From assembly GCA_963840035.1 (NCBI GenBank), contig CAWIXE010000001.1:224001-288000 (forward strand): a stretch of DNA of 64,000 nucleotides, read 5' to 3'. Below are positions 39,901 to 50,983 of the stretch, piece by piece. Each line of letters starts with the position of its first letter. The stretch's first letter is position 1. A program made the translations under genes and the position numbers. This stretch comes from a candidate division FCPU426 bacterium (GTDB taxonomy: Bacteria; Oederibacteriota; PGYV01; Palsa-1178). Below the pieces are notes generated by a model. That model was not told the origin of the DNA and did not search any database. It saw nothing but the letters and a program-made list of their open reading frames with translations.

Positions 39901-42900
39901 GCATACCCCGCCGCCGGTCTCGTAGCCGTAGAAGTTGAATTTCCAGTCGCCCGGGTCTATGTTCGTATTATATAGAGGCCCCGTGGTCCATGCCGCAAGC
40001 TCCGACGTGCTCCATGGCCCGACCCAGTTATTGACGTTCTGTACCGGCCCGGGCGGTAATCCTGTATGCAGCATCCTGGCTGATCCAGGGTCCGGGGCAA
40101 AATCTGTCCACAGGTAAAGTTCCGTCCCTGTCCCGCCGCTTCCGGTTCCCGGCGGCTGCACCCATGAGTCATCCGTGATTGATTCGTAGTAGATATTTAT
40201 AGTGGCAGAAGGCGGCGATGCCGACGCCACAAGCGCGTAGAACTTTATATATATCCTGTCTGTTGATGCAAAGCCATAATCAGGCTGGCTGGCAGAGGCC
40301 CATGTCAGGGTTGTGGTTAAACCCGACGGTATTATAGGAGAGTCCGTGGTAAATAATGGAGTTGCCGGTATGGGCCCGCCCGCCGGGTATTTATATACCT
40401 CAGCCCTTATTTTATATCCCCAGTTGGACCCGGATGATTCCGCCGAGCGTATGGAGAAGTTCCACGGTCCCGCGCCCGGTATGTTTGTGCCGACCTGCTC
40501 GGAATCCCACTCGCGTATGAACTGCGTGTAACCGGCTGCCTGGCAGCAGTTTATGGTGGTATTCTGCACGTATGTAGACCCGCCCGTGGGCGCCGTTGTT
40601 TTCATCTCGCGCACTATGGAACAGCAAGGGTCCACGGAATAATTGTCGCGCAGATGCCACATGGTTCCTGGCCCTCCGCCTGACCCCGCGTTCGGCGCTT
40701 TTATATACCCGGCGTACAGCGCGCCTTCATATGTAAAGTCTATGGTCGTGCCGCCCGGGCATGTCCCATCCTCAACCACGCGCACTTCCACGTATATCCT
40801 GTCCGTGGCTGTAAAACCGTAATCAGGTTTGTTAACTTCCGTCCATTTTACTTCCTGCATTGATGAGGGTATTGTCCCCGGAGCTGTCGTGGTAAAAAGG
40901 AACGTTCCCGGCCAGGAACCGCCGCCGGCGTATTTATATACATTAAGTTTTAATTTATAATGTCCCGTGGCTGAAACATCCCTTACGTGCAGGGAAAATT
41001 CCCAGTCTCCAGCCGCCGGTATATGCGTGCCAACCGGGGGCGTGTCCCAGACAGAGAGCGAAAAATCAATTGCCCCCGGGCACGCCCACGGATATGTGGA
41101 GTTCGTTGTCCCGGCGCCGGTAGGTATTATCATGTCCATTTTTGAAGCAAGGCCTGACGGGTCGTCTGAAGACGCGGATTTAAAATACCACGCTGTCCCG
41201 GTTGTCGACCCTGACGCGCTGCCGGATGAAAGGTAAACCGGAAAGTCGCCGTAGCTTGAGTTAACCGAGTTCCAGGTCGCGCCTCCATTGACGGAGAACA
41301 TCGCAAAATCCGTGATGCCGTCGTAAGTCGCGTTCATGTAAGGATAGACACCGTTAGCCGGGTCAGCCGCGACTATGGTGTATGAATCCGGGAATGTTGA
41401 CAGGTTGGAATAAAGCACCACATAGTACTGGCCTGCGGAAAGCGGCACGGGCGTCATGGTTGCTTTTGCCCATGAGAATGAGGTTGTTGAATTTGTCTTT
41501 GTAAGAAGCGTTCCTGACGCCACAAGCGTGTTTGAGTTCGTCCTGATCTCCCATTTCAGGTCATCGGCTGGCATATTGCCCGTCGTCCGTCTTACATAAG
41601 CGCCTATTTCCTTTATTGACGACGCTGAAGTCAGGTTTACGGACTGGTTTATATAATTGCTCCCGTATATTTCCCACGCCATGGCTGAAGCGTAAGGGTT
41701 GCCGCTCCAGGACGACATGGTTGAATTGTAGTACATAAATATGGGCATGTATCCTGTTATGCCGTATCCCGAACCTGAATTGAACGATGTCATGAGCGAC
41801 CCGTCATAATACTGGTCATAAGGTATGAGCATGTGGTTGGGCCTTGAGCCGTCAGTTATTACGGCGTAATTGTTTGAATCAACTACAGACCCGCCGTCCC
41901 ACTCTATTACTATATGGTACTTGACTCCCTGCGTGAGCACCGGCCCGGGCGCGAGGGTCAGGGAATTCCAGCCTATGGACATGCCGGCCGTATTTATGTA
42001 GGCGTTATATCCGCCTATGGCAAACCCGTCCGGTTTTCCCGAGCCGTCGTCGTTCTGTATGGAAACTCTGTAGCCGGCTGTCCCCGTCTTGAATTCAAAA
42101 TACAGCCTTATGTCCGTGATGCTTCCTGTCTGCCTGGCCGTAAAATCAATTGACGCTTTTTTGGAAGTGCTGTCAAGCGCGGTCCCGGCGTTCCCGGATA
42201 CAGCCGCCCTGTTTCCGAAATACACTGCGCCGTTGGGCGTAGCGGTTGCCGCGGCCGGAAGCAGCGGCTGGCTGTCCGTCCCGAAATCAAGCGATGAGCC
42301 CCAGGCCACGCCGCGGTAATTACCCGCAGGGTAATAATCAATGGAAATACCCGGCTTGAATACCGGCCTTTTACCGGCGTGCGATATGGTCCATGAAGAA
42401 GGCGACTCCTGCTTTGCAACGCGTATGGCGCTGTCGGTGCTTGAATAATAAGCTATCATCGGGTAATTGTTCGCGCTGTTGTCAAGGCACAATGACACGC
42501 CGTTGCCGCAGTGGAAGTTGTCGAGGTATGTTTTGTGCAGGGCCCCGTCATATACCGCGTATACAAGCGTCCCGCCGGCAAGCGTATACGCAAAACGCGT
42601 ATCGCCTCCGTTTACGCATTTAATATCCACACCGTTGAAAGTAGCCCCGCTTTCGATGAGCATGTCGCCGGCGCTTTCCCATGCCATGTATATCTGGCCG
42701 GTTGCCTGGTCCCTTGCCGCCATCTGTATGGCTCCTCCGGGTTCTATGGTAATGGCTCCCCAGGAAGGCGTAAACCCGGGAAAATAACTGCCGGGCGCGT
42801 TCCATATGCCCGGTGATGATTCCCTTGTCAGGAAAAATTTTCCGTCCATTATGTAAGAAACGCACAGATACCCTGATGGGTCTATGCACAGCGAGGTATT

Positions 42901-45900
42901 GCCTGAAACCGAAGTTCCGGCAAAAGGCGCTTCATAGTTCCACGAACCCGGCGATGATTCCCTCGCTATGAGAAGCTTATTATTATTGCTGTCGTAATAA
43001 CTTACCCTGGCGTAACCCGTTCCCGGATCTATGGCAAGGGAAGCTCCCTGCCCGCAATTCGGCGTGGAATCAAGCACCCTTATCTTCCAGGAACCATCCG
43101 GCTGCCTGCTCCGCGTACTTTAGCATCAGGGAAGCCTGGTCAAAATACGCAATCCTCGCAAGCCCCGCTGAATTATATTTGATGGAAGTGTATGCCGCGT
43201 CATCCGTTGCAATCCTCTCCGACCTGTAATTTTTGTCCCCGCCCTGCGCCGGGGTCGGTATAAGAGTTACTGTCTGTGTGAATGTGGCCGAAAACATTAA
43301 TGAATTGCATTTATATATTATTCCGTCAGCCCCGTTTGACGCGCCGTTGCCCGGGCCTGCGTTAGCGCTGACAGCTCCTGTAAAACCATATGTCCCTGTA
43401 GTGCAAAGGTTTATCAATCCGCCGGACCCGCCGCCGCCGCCATTGGGCCAGCCTTTTCCGCCGTTGGCCATGACAAAACCTGTCCCGTCTATTATCTGCG
43501 CCATGACGTTTATCGCGCCGCCCGCGCCGCCGCCTGCGCCGTTTATCGGCGTGCCGCCGGTAAAATAACCGGCTCCGTTCATTTCCATATTGCCGTTTAT
43601 GGTGACCCTGCCTGCCGGGTTATATAATATGAGGGCAGCTCCTCCGTTATATCCTACTTTCGCGCTTGACCCTCCGCCTCCGGCGCCTGAGTACTGAGGA
43701 AACAGCGGATCATCATATCCCACTCCGCCGTTTGCCGCGTTCTTTCCGTTTCCGCCGTAACCCGCGTGGCCGCCGCCTCCTCCTCCCGAAGCTCCGTCCG
43801 GCGCCGCGTTATACTGCGCCAATTGTCCCATGCCGCTGGACATGGTTGCGCCCCCGGAAAATCCGAGGCTGGTGCCGCTCACGTAACCGCCCGCGTCAAT
43901 TACAAAATCGCCGCCGGTCACCGTTATGGTCACCGCGCCGGGCCCCTGTATGGAAAGCGTGCTGCCGCTGTAAATATGCACTGAGCAGAATGAATAATTC
44001 CCCGCTGTCAACGTCATGTCCGTGGCGACCTCAAGCGCGCATGAAGTCGGTGTGACCGTCGGAGTTATGGTCCATGAAGGCGTGCGCGTGGGCGTAAGGG
44101 AAAAAGATGATGTCGGTGTGCCTCCCACGCGCAGGCGGAAGGAAATATCCCCGGGCTGCGCTGTCCACGCTCCGCCGCCGTTCACGCTGGTGGACATGTA
44201 TGCTGACTGGCCGAGCCATGTTACGAGCTCGTACGGCAGCCCCGCGGTCAGGAGTTTTTCTCCCACTATCATATAGGGTGATGTTGACGCGCCTGAAGGC
44301 GATGTGAGCACTAGGCTGTACTGCTTTCCCGTTTCAAAGTATACGCCGTTTGTAAGGGGTTTTTCAACCCACACAGGCGTCTGCTGCGCCTCGGCAGCGG
44401 TCATAAAAGTGCCGCTGGTCATGGTCACGCCGTCGGTCCAGTTATATATGGAGTAGTACAGGCTGTCCGCGGGGACGTTCGCGGTCCTTGTGACATAAAG
44501 CCCCATGTTATATGCCCAGAAATTTCCGAACCCGGCGTCAGGCCCGGGAAAAGTTTCCTTTACAAAATTTCCGGTCCCTCCGGTGCCGTATACAGGCTGG
44601 TTCCCTTTTGAAGTGTACACCTTTCCCTGGTCATTTGCCGCCGTGTTGTATTCCAGTTCAAATATCGGCGACGACCCGTACCGAAGCCAGGTTGTGCCTA
44701 CGTTATTTGAAAGAAGCGTATCAGAAAAACCGTCGTATGTTGACGTTACAGGATCAAGATAAGTGTTTGTGTTCTGTCCCATCGCTATCTGCCCGTAGTT
44801 TGAGACGTTTATAGTCCCTGTATCATAACCTATCAGCAGGTGGTATTTTGTCCCGGCTGTCAGTACTATGTTGGTCAGCGCCGCGCTCCTCCACGTGCCC
44901 GCGGCCGCTGTCATGGTCCCCGAGGTCAGGGACACTCCTGTCGGAAGCCCCCCGCTGTCCGCCTTTATTGCCACCCTGTAAGTCGGGCTTGTTCCCAAAG
45001 CGCCTGACCATAGTATGTTTGCCTTGTTCACGGTATCGGTCACCTTCTGCGTGAACCTGAAATCTATCATGACGCTCGCGCTTGACATTATATTTCCCTG
45101 CAGCAGCGTGAACGTATCCCTGTTCCCCCAGTACTGGTATGACGGGCAGTACTGTATAGCGGCCGTGTAAATATATGCTTCGCTCGCGGCGCCGGTCATG
45201 GTTGCCGGGAAGGTTCCCCACGACGATGTGAGCGTGTACGCGTCGCCCGCGTTTGCTGAAGAGTAAGCGACCAGCCCTCCGCCGTTCATCATGAACGCGG
45301 CCCAGTAGGTGCCCTTGGGCAGGCTGGTGAAGGGGAATGAAAAGCTCTGAATTCCGTTTACAAGCGCCGCCGCGCCTGACTCGAAAAGTTTTGTCCCGGG
45401 TATGCCCGCGTTGTCCGCGTAAACAGCCATGCGCCCCTGGAAAGCGCCCGCAGTGTTGACTCCGAGAAGCCCGGCGAACGCGTAGCCGTCCTCGGGCATA
45501 TAAAATCTCGTTGCCTTTATGACTCCGGATACTCCCGTATAATTATTCGCTCCCATTCCTGTCTTGCCGGCGGGCATGGGCTGGCTGCATACCGTCGGGC
45601 TCGGGGTCTGGGTGTTTGTTGGGGTGAACGTTGCCGTCATTGTCCAGGTGGAAGTGCGGGTGCTTGTCGGCGATATTGATGGCGTGCTCGTGGGCGACAT
45701 TACTGCCGGGTCATAAAAACGCCATGCCGCGGCATCCTGGTATGTTGATGTAAGCGATGTTATGCCGCCCATTACGATCCTTCCCAGCGGGTCAATGCAC
45801 ATACTGTATCCTATATCCGTGTCAGATCCCGGTTGGGTAAAACCATAGTAGTAATTTGCCCCTGAATAAGTGCTGTCAACCGTTCCGTTGGAGTTCAGCC

Positions 45901-47137
45901 TTCCGGTAAAAGCATACCCGGAGCTGTTTCCTCCGAACAGGATCTTATTGCCCGCGTCAGTATAAACTCCATATGCAGCATCATCATTGCCGGACGGGGC
46001 AAGCGTAATATATCCTGTCCCGTTGAATGAAGTGTCAAGAGGGCTGCCCGAAGGGTTTAGCCTCCAGAAAGCAAGGTCCTTATTTCCGGAGGAATTATTT
46101 GCGTATCCGCCCGCGACGTATTTTCCGTTTGTATCCACAGTTACATCAAAGGCGCCTTCGGCCTTCATTGACCCGCCTGCCGCGTTTTTATGGGTGAAGA
46201 ATCCGGTTCCGTTAAAGCCCGTGTCAAAGGAGCCGTCGGGATTAAGGACCCATACGGCCATATCGTAGTTTGCTGTCGTTTCAGCGTTATAGCTGTAACC
46301 GCATATTACTATTTTGCCTGCGGCGGTTATGGTCAGCCCGTACGCGTAGTCGGCTGCTGCGGCTCCTGAACCGCCTGCCGCTCCCGCATGCGTGCGCCAT
46401 CCTACCGGGGAATTAAATGTGTTATCTATGGTGCCGTTAGGGTTGAAACGCCAGACAGCCATGTCCCATCCGTTTGTGGATGACTGGGCGGCTCCCGCCA
46501 GTACTATCTTTCCGTCAGGCTGGATGAAAATTCCATAGCCCCTGTTGTTCCCCGCGGACCCCGTGGCCGCGGTCATGGTGACATAACCTTTTGACGCGTT
46601 GAATCCTGATGTGTTGAGTGTGCCGTCTCCGTTATAGCACCAGACGGCCGCGGCATTATACCCTGATATGTCCGTCGTATAGCCTCCGACATAAAGTTTT
46701 CCGTCAGAAGAACTTACCATCACTGATTTTCCGCAGTCAGTCCCTCCTCCACCGGCGTCATTATTGCGGAACACCCAGCCGTTAGGCGCTCCGAATGTGG
46801 TGTCAAGTTTTCCGTTCGGAAGGAGTTTCCACACCACCATGTCGTCGGTTGCCGATGTGCCCAAGCTGCTTCCCGTCATGTATAAGCTTCCTCCGGGGCC
46901 GTTGCAGATGCCGTATACGTAGTCATACTGTGCCGCGCCATATCCGCCGCCTGCGGCGTTATCCTGCCTGAAATACCCGCCGGTCCCGAAATCGGCGTCT
47001 ATGGTCCATGACGCTGATATAATGGAAGGCATTAATAAACAAACGGCAATAAGGACGGGCATAAATATCCCGTTCAAAAAAACCCTGCTTTTTTCTCTTA
47101 TGCACACCTTTTTCATCTCTGCTTTTTCCACATTCAC
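30933..47137 (-). CDS. Giant secreted surface protein (~5,400 aa), shown as three ORFs because of 1-nt insertions at ~43105 and ~36299
   Basis: Removing one base at each site gives AEQQPDGSWKIRVLDSTP and DIDGGTRLLPWDIGADD (16203 nt = 5401 codons). One signal peptide and one CTD. Delta-60-like, Gly-rich, Kelch-like, NHL, beta-helix and TxT modules. Confidence 0.85.
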
Positions 47138-47140
47138 CTT

Positions 47141-47629
47141 TTACAGCCGTAATAAAAACAATATCGTTTGAGTTTCAGAGACAAGAGACTGGAGACTGGA
47201 GAAAACAATAAGCGTTCTTGTTGTCTCTTGTCTCTTGTCTCTTGTCTCTTGTCTCCTGTCTCTAACAGTCCTGGAAACGCCGCCGTCTTCTGACTCGGCG
47301 CTAAATTTTGATTTAAGGTTGTTTTCAAGGTTTGTGAAAGAGCCGTCAGCCTCCTGCGTGAAGCGGGCCTGTATTTCCTGCCACTTGCCTGATTTGTCCT
47401 TATAGTTTATGGGGGCTGCCGAAAGTTCGGCAGTGTATGACCCGTCCGCGTTATTGAACATCCTGGAATACGGCCCGGTTATCTCGGTTTTTTTAACATA
47501 AGGTTCTTTTGATTCTTTTTTGAGTTCTTTTGGGATGGAAAACGACAAAGTTTCAGCGGACAGAAAATCCCCGCTGATTAATAAAGCCAGCAAAATTGTT
47601 GAAATTAGCTTAATGAGCCATTTCCCCAC
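47141..47629 (-). pseudogene. Truncated N-terminus of a large secreted (RHS/DNRLRE-type) protein, cut off by a heptamer-repeat element
   Basis: Signal peptide, then SRMFNNADGSYTAELSAAPINYKDKSGKWQEI; the frame runs into (GAGACAA)n at 47262-47221 and stops. Likely GTG start after SD GAGGAG. Confidence 0.6.
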
Positions 47630-47802
47630 TCGGGCGTTCTCCTCATTGTTATACCATTGCCCGCGCGCCGTCTTCCTGCATTCTCGTTTTAGTGCAAATT
47701 TCAATGGTATATTAGTATATCAATTTACCGCCTAATTTTCTACCAAAATATCTAACAACACTCTTTTGATATGATTACATTCTGAAAAAGTAATTTTATG
47801 CC

Positions 47803-49383
47803 TTATTTTACTATATATAGTTTTTTAGTTGTCTGGCCTGAAAGCTGTTTTACAATCACAAAATACAGGCCTTTGCCAACCTTTTTTGACTTGTCATTTG
47901 TCCCGTTCCACCAGGCTGTGTATGTACCCGGGGCCAGGTCAAAGATATAAAACTCCCTCACCAGCTCCCCGTTCAAGTTATATATTGCGATGGATGACCT
48001 CCCGCCTTTTTCTATGACATAATCTATCCTCACCTGCTCGCCTTTTGTAGGGTCAAAATAGTTCTTATCCGTCTTTACCTTTTCCTCAGGCGTTGCAGTT
48101 GGCGGGACAACCGGCGTATTTGTCGCTGTTGCCGCCGGTGTAACAGGGGTATTTGTGGCAGTTGGTAGCTGGGCTATGTTAAATATGTTTGTCTGTACCT
48201 GCGCTGATTCTATGGAAGTTGTATTCTCCGAACCCCTCGCCGACGCCGTAAAATAACCCGTGCCTGTTCCGGCAGCTTTATAAATCCACGTAAAGGTAAA
48301 CGCCCCTGTGGAGCTTATTGCCGACGCGTTGGCCGGTATCGGGCCGTATACATACTGCACACTGCCGGTTCCTGTGTACCCGGGAAGCGACTGGGGTACT
48401 ACGCTTGTTGCCCCGAGATTTCCGCTGTTTGATACCACAAGCTTTACTGTTACGTTCTGGTCGAGCAGAGCGTTTGCCGGCGCAACCGACGCCGATGCCT
48501 GCAAATTCGCGCCTGACACATTTACCGCTGCCTCCGCGCTTTCATAATAAGTGCCGCCGTACATGTAGTCGTATTTTAACGACGCTGAATTTATTTTTGA
48601 AGTGCCGTACGTGATTATTCCAGGCTGGCATTCCGCCATGATATATATATCCCCGGCTGCCAGGTAGGAAAGGTTTCCGGCGCTGAACGAAATAAAATTT
48701 CCGTTTATCAGCGGTGTTAAAAGCGGCGCTGAGTATGTTCCGACTATTGACATCCCCTGCGGTATGGTATCCCAGACCTGTACCGCGTTTGCCTGGTGAA
48801 TATTGCTTAAGTTCTGATAATTGATATGGTAAGTAACCGTGTTTTTTGCCATTACGGAAGTGACGTTGGCTGATTTCAAAATTTTTACGTTTGTGACGCG
48901 CATTGAGGGCTGGCTGTCTAAGGCCGCGTATGAGGCGCCTGTAGCTGACTCGTTTATTTTAAATACGTATTCACCCGGGTACATGGGGGTGGAAACGCCG
49001 TAGCCTGTCGCGAGGTCGCCGTAGACAATCTCCATGTAGTCATTGGTTGCCATGTCCAGTGCTGTTATTGTGACGGCGTTCCCTGACAATAAAATATTTG
49101 CCTGCGGCACGGGTTCCGCGGTGGAGCCGCTCCTGTATATGGTGGCTTTCATGACTCCCTGGGAAGACGTTATAAATGTAGGCGGGCTGGTAAACGCGTC
49201 AGGTATGACAAGCTCCAGTTTTCCCGCAGAAATGCCGTATGCAGGAGGGTAATACAGGACCTTAACTTCCACGCCGTTCCCGTTCGGGGCCGCTTCCTGC
49301 GGCGTGATGGAAGCCGTGCCTGTCATTGCGTATGATGCCGCGCTTATCAGCAATATAATTGCCGCTGTAACTGATCGTTTCAT
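47803..49383 (-). CDS. Secreted DUF11/Ig-like protein with FlgD-Ig/T9SS-like CTD
   Basis: Signal peptide; ILKSAN...VTYHINYQN...VWDTIPQG; CTD DKNYFDP...IYNLNGELVR...WNGTND...GKGLYF. Confidence 0.85.
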   Translation of the reverse strand: MKRSVTAAIILLISAASYAMTGTASITPQEAAPNGNGVEVKVLYYPPAYGISAGKLELVIPDAFTSPPTFITSSQGVMKATIYRSGSTAEPVPQANILLSGNAVTITALDMATNDYMEIVYGDLATGYGVSTPMYPGEYVFKINESATGASYAALDSQPSMRVTNVKILKSANVTSVMAKNTVTYHINYQNLSNIHQANAVQVWDTIPQGMSIVGTYSAPLLTPLINGNFISFSAGNLSYLAAGDIYIMAECQPGIITYGTSKINSASLKYDYMYGGTYYESAEAAVNVSGANLQASASVAPANALLDQNVTVKLVVSNSGNLGATSVVPQSLPGYTGTGSVQYVYGPIPANASAISSTGAFTFTWIYKAAGTGTGYFTASARGSENTTSIESAQVQTNIFNIAQLPTATNTPVTPAATATNTPVVPPTATPEEKVKTDKNYFDPTKGEQVRIDYVIEKGGRSSIAIYNLNGELVREFYIFDLAPGTYTAWWNGTNDKSKKVGKGLYFVIVKQLSGQTTKKLYIVK

Positions 49384-50201
49384 TGTTCTTCGCCTCCTCT
49401 TTTGACTGCTGTCGTAAATATCCTGTTTTTAAGCGCTGAAACCGCTGCCGCGCCGTAGCCGCCTTCAATTATCTTCATTTTATCGGATAATTTTTTTGAA
49501 AGATCCGCGTACTTATCCCTGCCGAGCCCGGCCTTTACGGATTTAAACCTGAGGAAGAGCAGCCCTGTCAGGGCTTCTTCCACGGTCCTTGCGGCTTCGT
49601 CGTGCGCCATGGCGCACGCTTCAATATTCTTTGCCATTCTTTCATTGTCAATTGAGCCGTTTACCCGGAGGTTTCCGTCCGCGCTCCAGTTTGTGTTCTT
49701 AAGCACCGGGTAAGCCAGCGCTGATTTTTCAAGCGTCCGCAGCATCATATTCTCCACATTTTTTTTATCTATGACCGCCGTCAGTTCCGCGCTCATGATG
49801 CGCCTTATCTCATCAAATCCCTCAAGCACTTCAATGATATCCTTTGGCGCGGTTGCCGGGACGCCCGCCGGGGCTGCCATGTCCTGGGCCGCTTTCATTT
49901 CCTTTTCTATCTCAGCCGCCCTTTTTATCAGGTCATCCGCGGAATTATCCACGGCAGCTGGTTCCTGTTTTACTTCAGGTTTTCTTTCCCTGCTTGCCTT
50001 TTCCGCCAGTTCCATCTCCGCGAATTTATTGACCACTATTTTTGCCGCCGCCTTTTCTTCGGCCGGAGGCGCTGTTTTTTTTACTTCCACGGGCACGTCG
50101 ATTTTTTCAGGGGATTTTGCCGGCGCTTTTTTCGCCGGTTCAACTGTCCCGAATATGTCGCCAAGGTCCTCTGTGTTAATCGACATCTCGTCGCGTGTCA
50201 T
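49380..50201 (-). CDS. Hypothetical cytoplasmic protein (Ala/Pro/Lys/Glu-rich N-terminus, helical C-terminus)
   Basis: 273 aa; SD AAGGAG; 4-bp overlap with the next gene. Confidence 0.7.
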   Translation of the reverse strand: MTRDEMSINTEDLGDIFGTVEPAKKAPAKSPEKIDVPVEVKKTAPPAEEKAAAKIVVNKFAEMELAEKASRERKPEVKQEPAAVDNSADDLIKRAAEIEKEMKAAQDMAAPAGVPATAPKDIIEVLEGFDEIRRIMSAELTAVIDKKNVENMMLRTLEKSALAYPVLKNTNWSADGNLRVNGSIDNERMAKNIEACAMAHDEAARTVEEALTGLLFLRFKSVKAGLGRDKYADLSKKLSDKMKIIEGGYGAAAVSALKNRIFTTAVKRGGEEQ

Positions 50202-50311
50202 GGTACGTGATCTCCTTTTATTTATAATTCCCGATTACTGCCCCTGCATTTCTGCGAAGGCCTTCTTTGGGATTTGTGATTTGGGATCTGTGATTAACTT
50301 TCTACCCGCCA

Positions 50312-50686
50312 TTACCCTTTCTTCGCCTCTAAAATCGCCTCTATAATCGCGCCTTCGACCTTCCACGCGGCGTACTGGCTGAAATCTTCCGGTTCCGAAT
50401 GGCTGTAATTTCCGACCGCCTGTACCAGGGCCTTGTTTCCGGCGGCAATAAGCCATGCCAGCGTCAATCCTGCACCCCTGTAATTATTGGCTATATGTAC
50501 GACATTTTTCAGCTGGGACTGCACAAGGTGCATCCTCGCGTCGTCCTTTTCCTCTTTTGTTTTGGCCTTATCAAGTTTTTTGACAAGAACCTCCACCTGC
50601 TGAGCGCTAAAGTCCTTTGTTTTTCCTATTTGCACGAGGTAGATTTTCAGTTCCCTTTCGTCAATGCTGATCAGTTTTAATTTCAT
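50312..50686 (-). CDS. Stand-alone sigma70 region 1.2 + region 2 protein (no regions 3-4)
   Basis: LKIYLVQIG (1.2), ARMHLVQSQLKNVVHIANNY (2.1), GLTLAWLIAAGNKALVQAV (2.2), FSQYAAWKVEGAI (2.3-2.4), then stop; SD GGGGAG. Confidence 0.8.
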   Translation of the reverse strand: MKLKLISIDERELKIYLVQIGKTKDFSAQQVEVLVKKLDKAKTKEEKDDARMHLVQSQLKNVVHIANNYRGAGLTLAWLIAAGNKALVQAVGNYSHSEPEDFSQYAAWKVEGAIIEAILEAKKG

Positions 50687-50690
50687 AAGT

Positions 50691-50867
50691 TCACTCCCCT
50701 GCTCCGCCGGACAATCCGGCCTGATTTTCTATCCATTTTTTTATTATTTTTAAGTTAACAAACTCGTTGCTGACCGCCTCAGGATGTTCCTTGAGGAATT
50801 TGTTTAATACATACTTTGAAACCCTCATATACTGCGCAGCTTCATTTTTAGTCGCCATAGTTTCCAT
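50691..50867 (-). CDS. 58-aa excisionase/MerR-like HTH protein
   Basis: Below the ORF-track cutoff. METMATKNEAAQYMRVSKYVLNKFLKEHPEAVSNEFVNLKIIKKWIENQAGLSGGAGE*; SD AAGGAGG; T..EAA.Y..VS..L and ..WI motifs. Confidence 0.7.
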   Translation of the reverse strand: METMATKNEAAQYMRVSKYVLNKFLKEHPEAVSNEFVNLKIIKKWIENQAGLSGGAGE

Positions 50868-50909
50868 ATGCTGCCTCCTTAGATTTCCTCACCGTTCCTC
50901 TATATTATA

Positions 50910-50926
50910 AGCATTACCCGTGCCAA
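50910..50926 (-). promoter_or_regulatory. Putative sigma54 (-24/-12) promoter
   Basis: TTGGCACGGGTAATGCT matches TGGCACG-N4-(T/A)TGCW. Confidence 0.75.
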
Positions 50927-50983
50927 TAAAGGTCCAATGGAATATGGGGTTTTAGGGCTTTGTTTCATAATGCGGAAAAATAG

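Noticed and set aside
36274..43110. Programmed ribosomal frameshifting in the giant gene
   Set aside because: No slippery heptamer at either site; the shared GCWGC context points to indel error.
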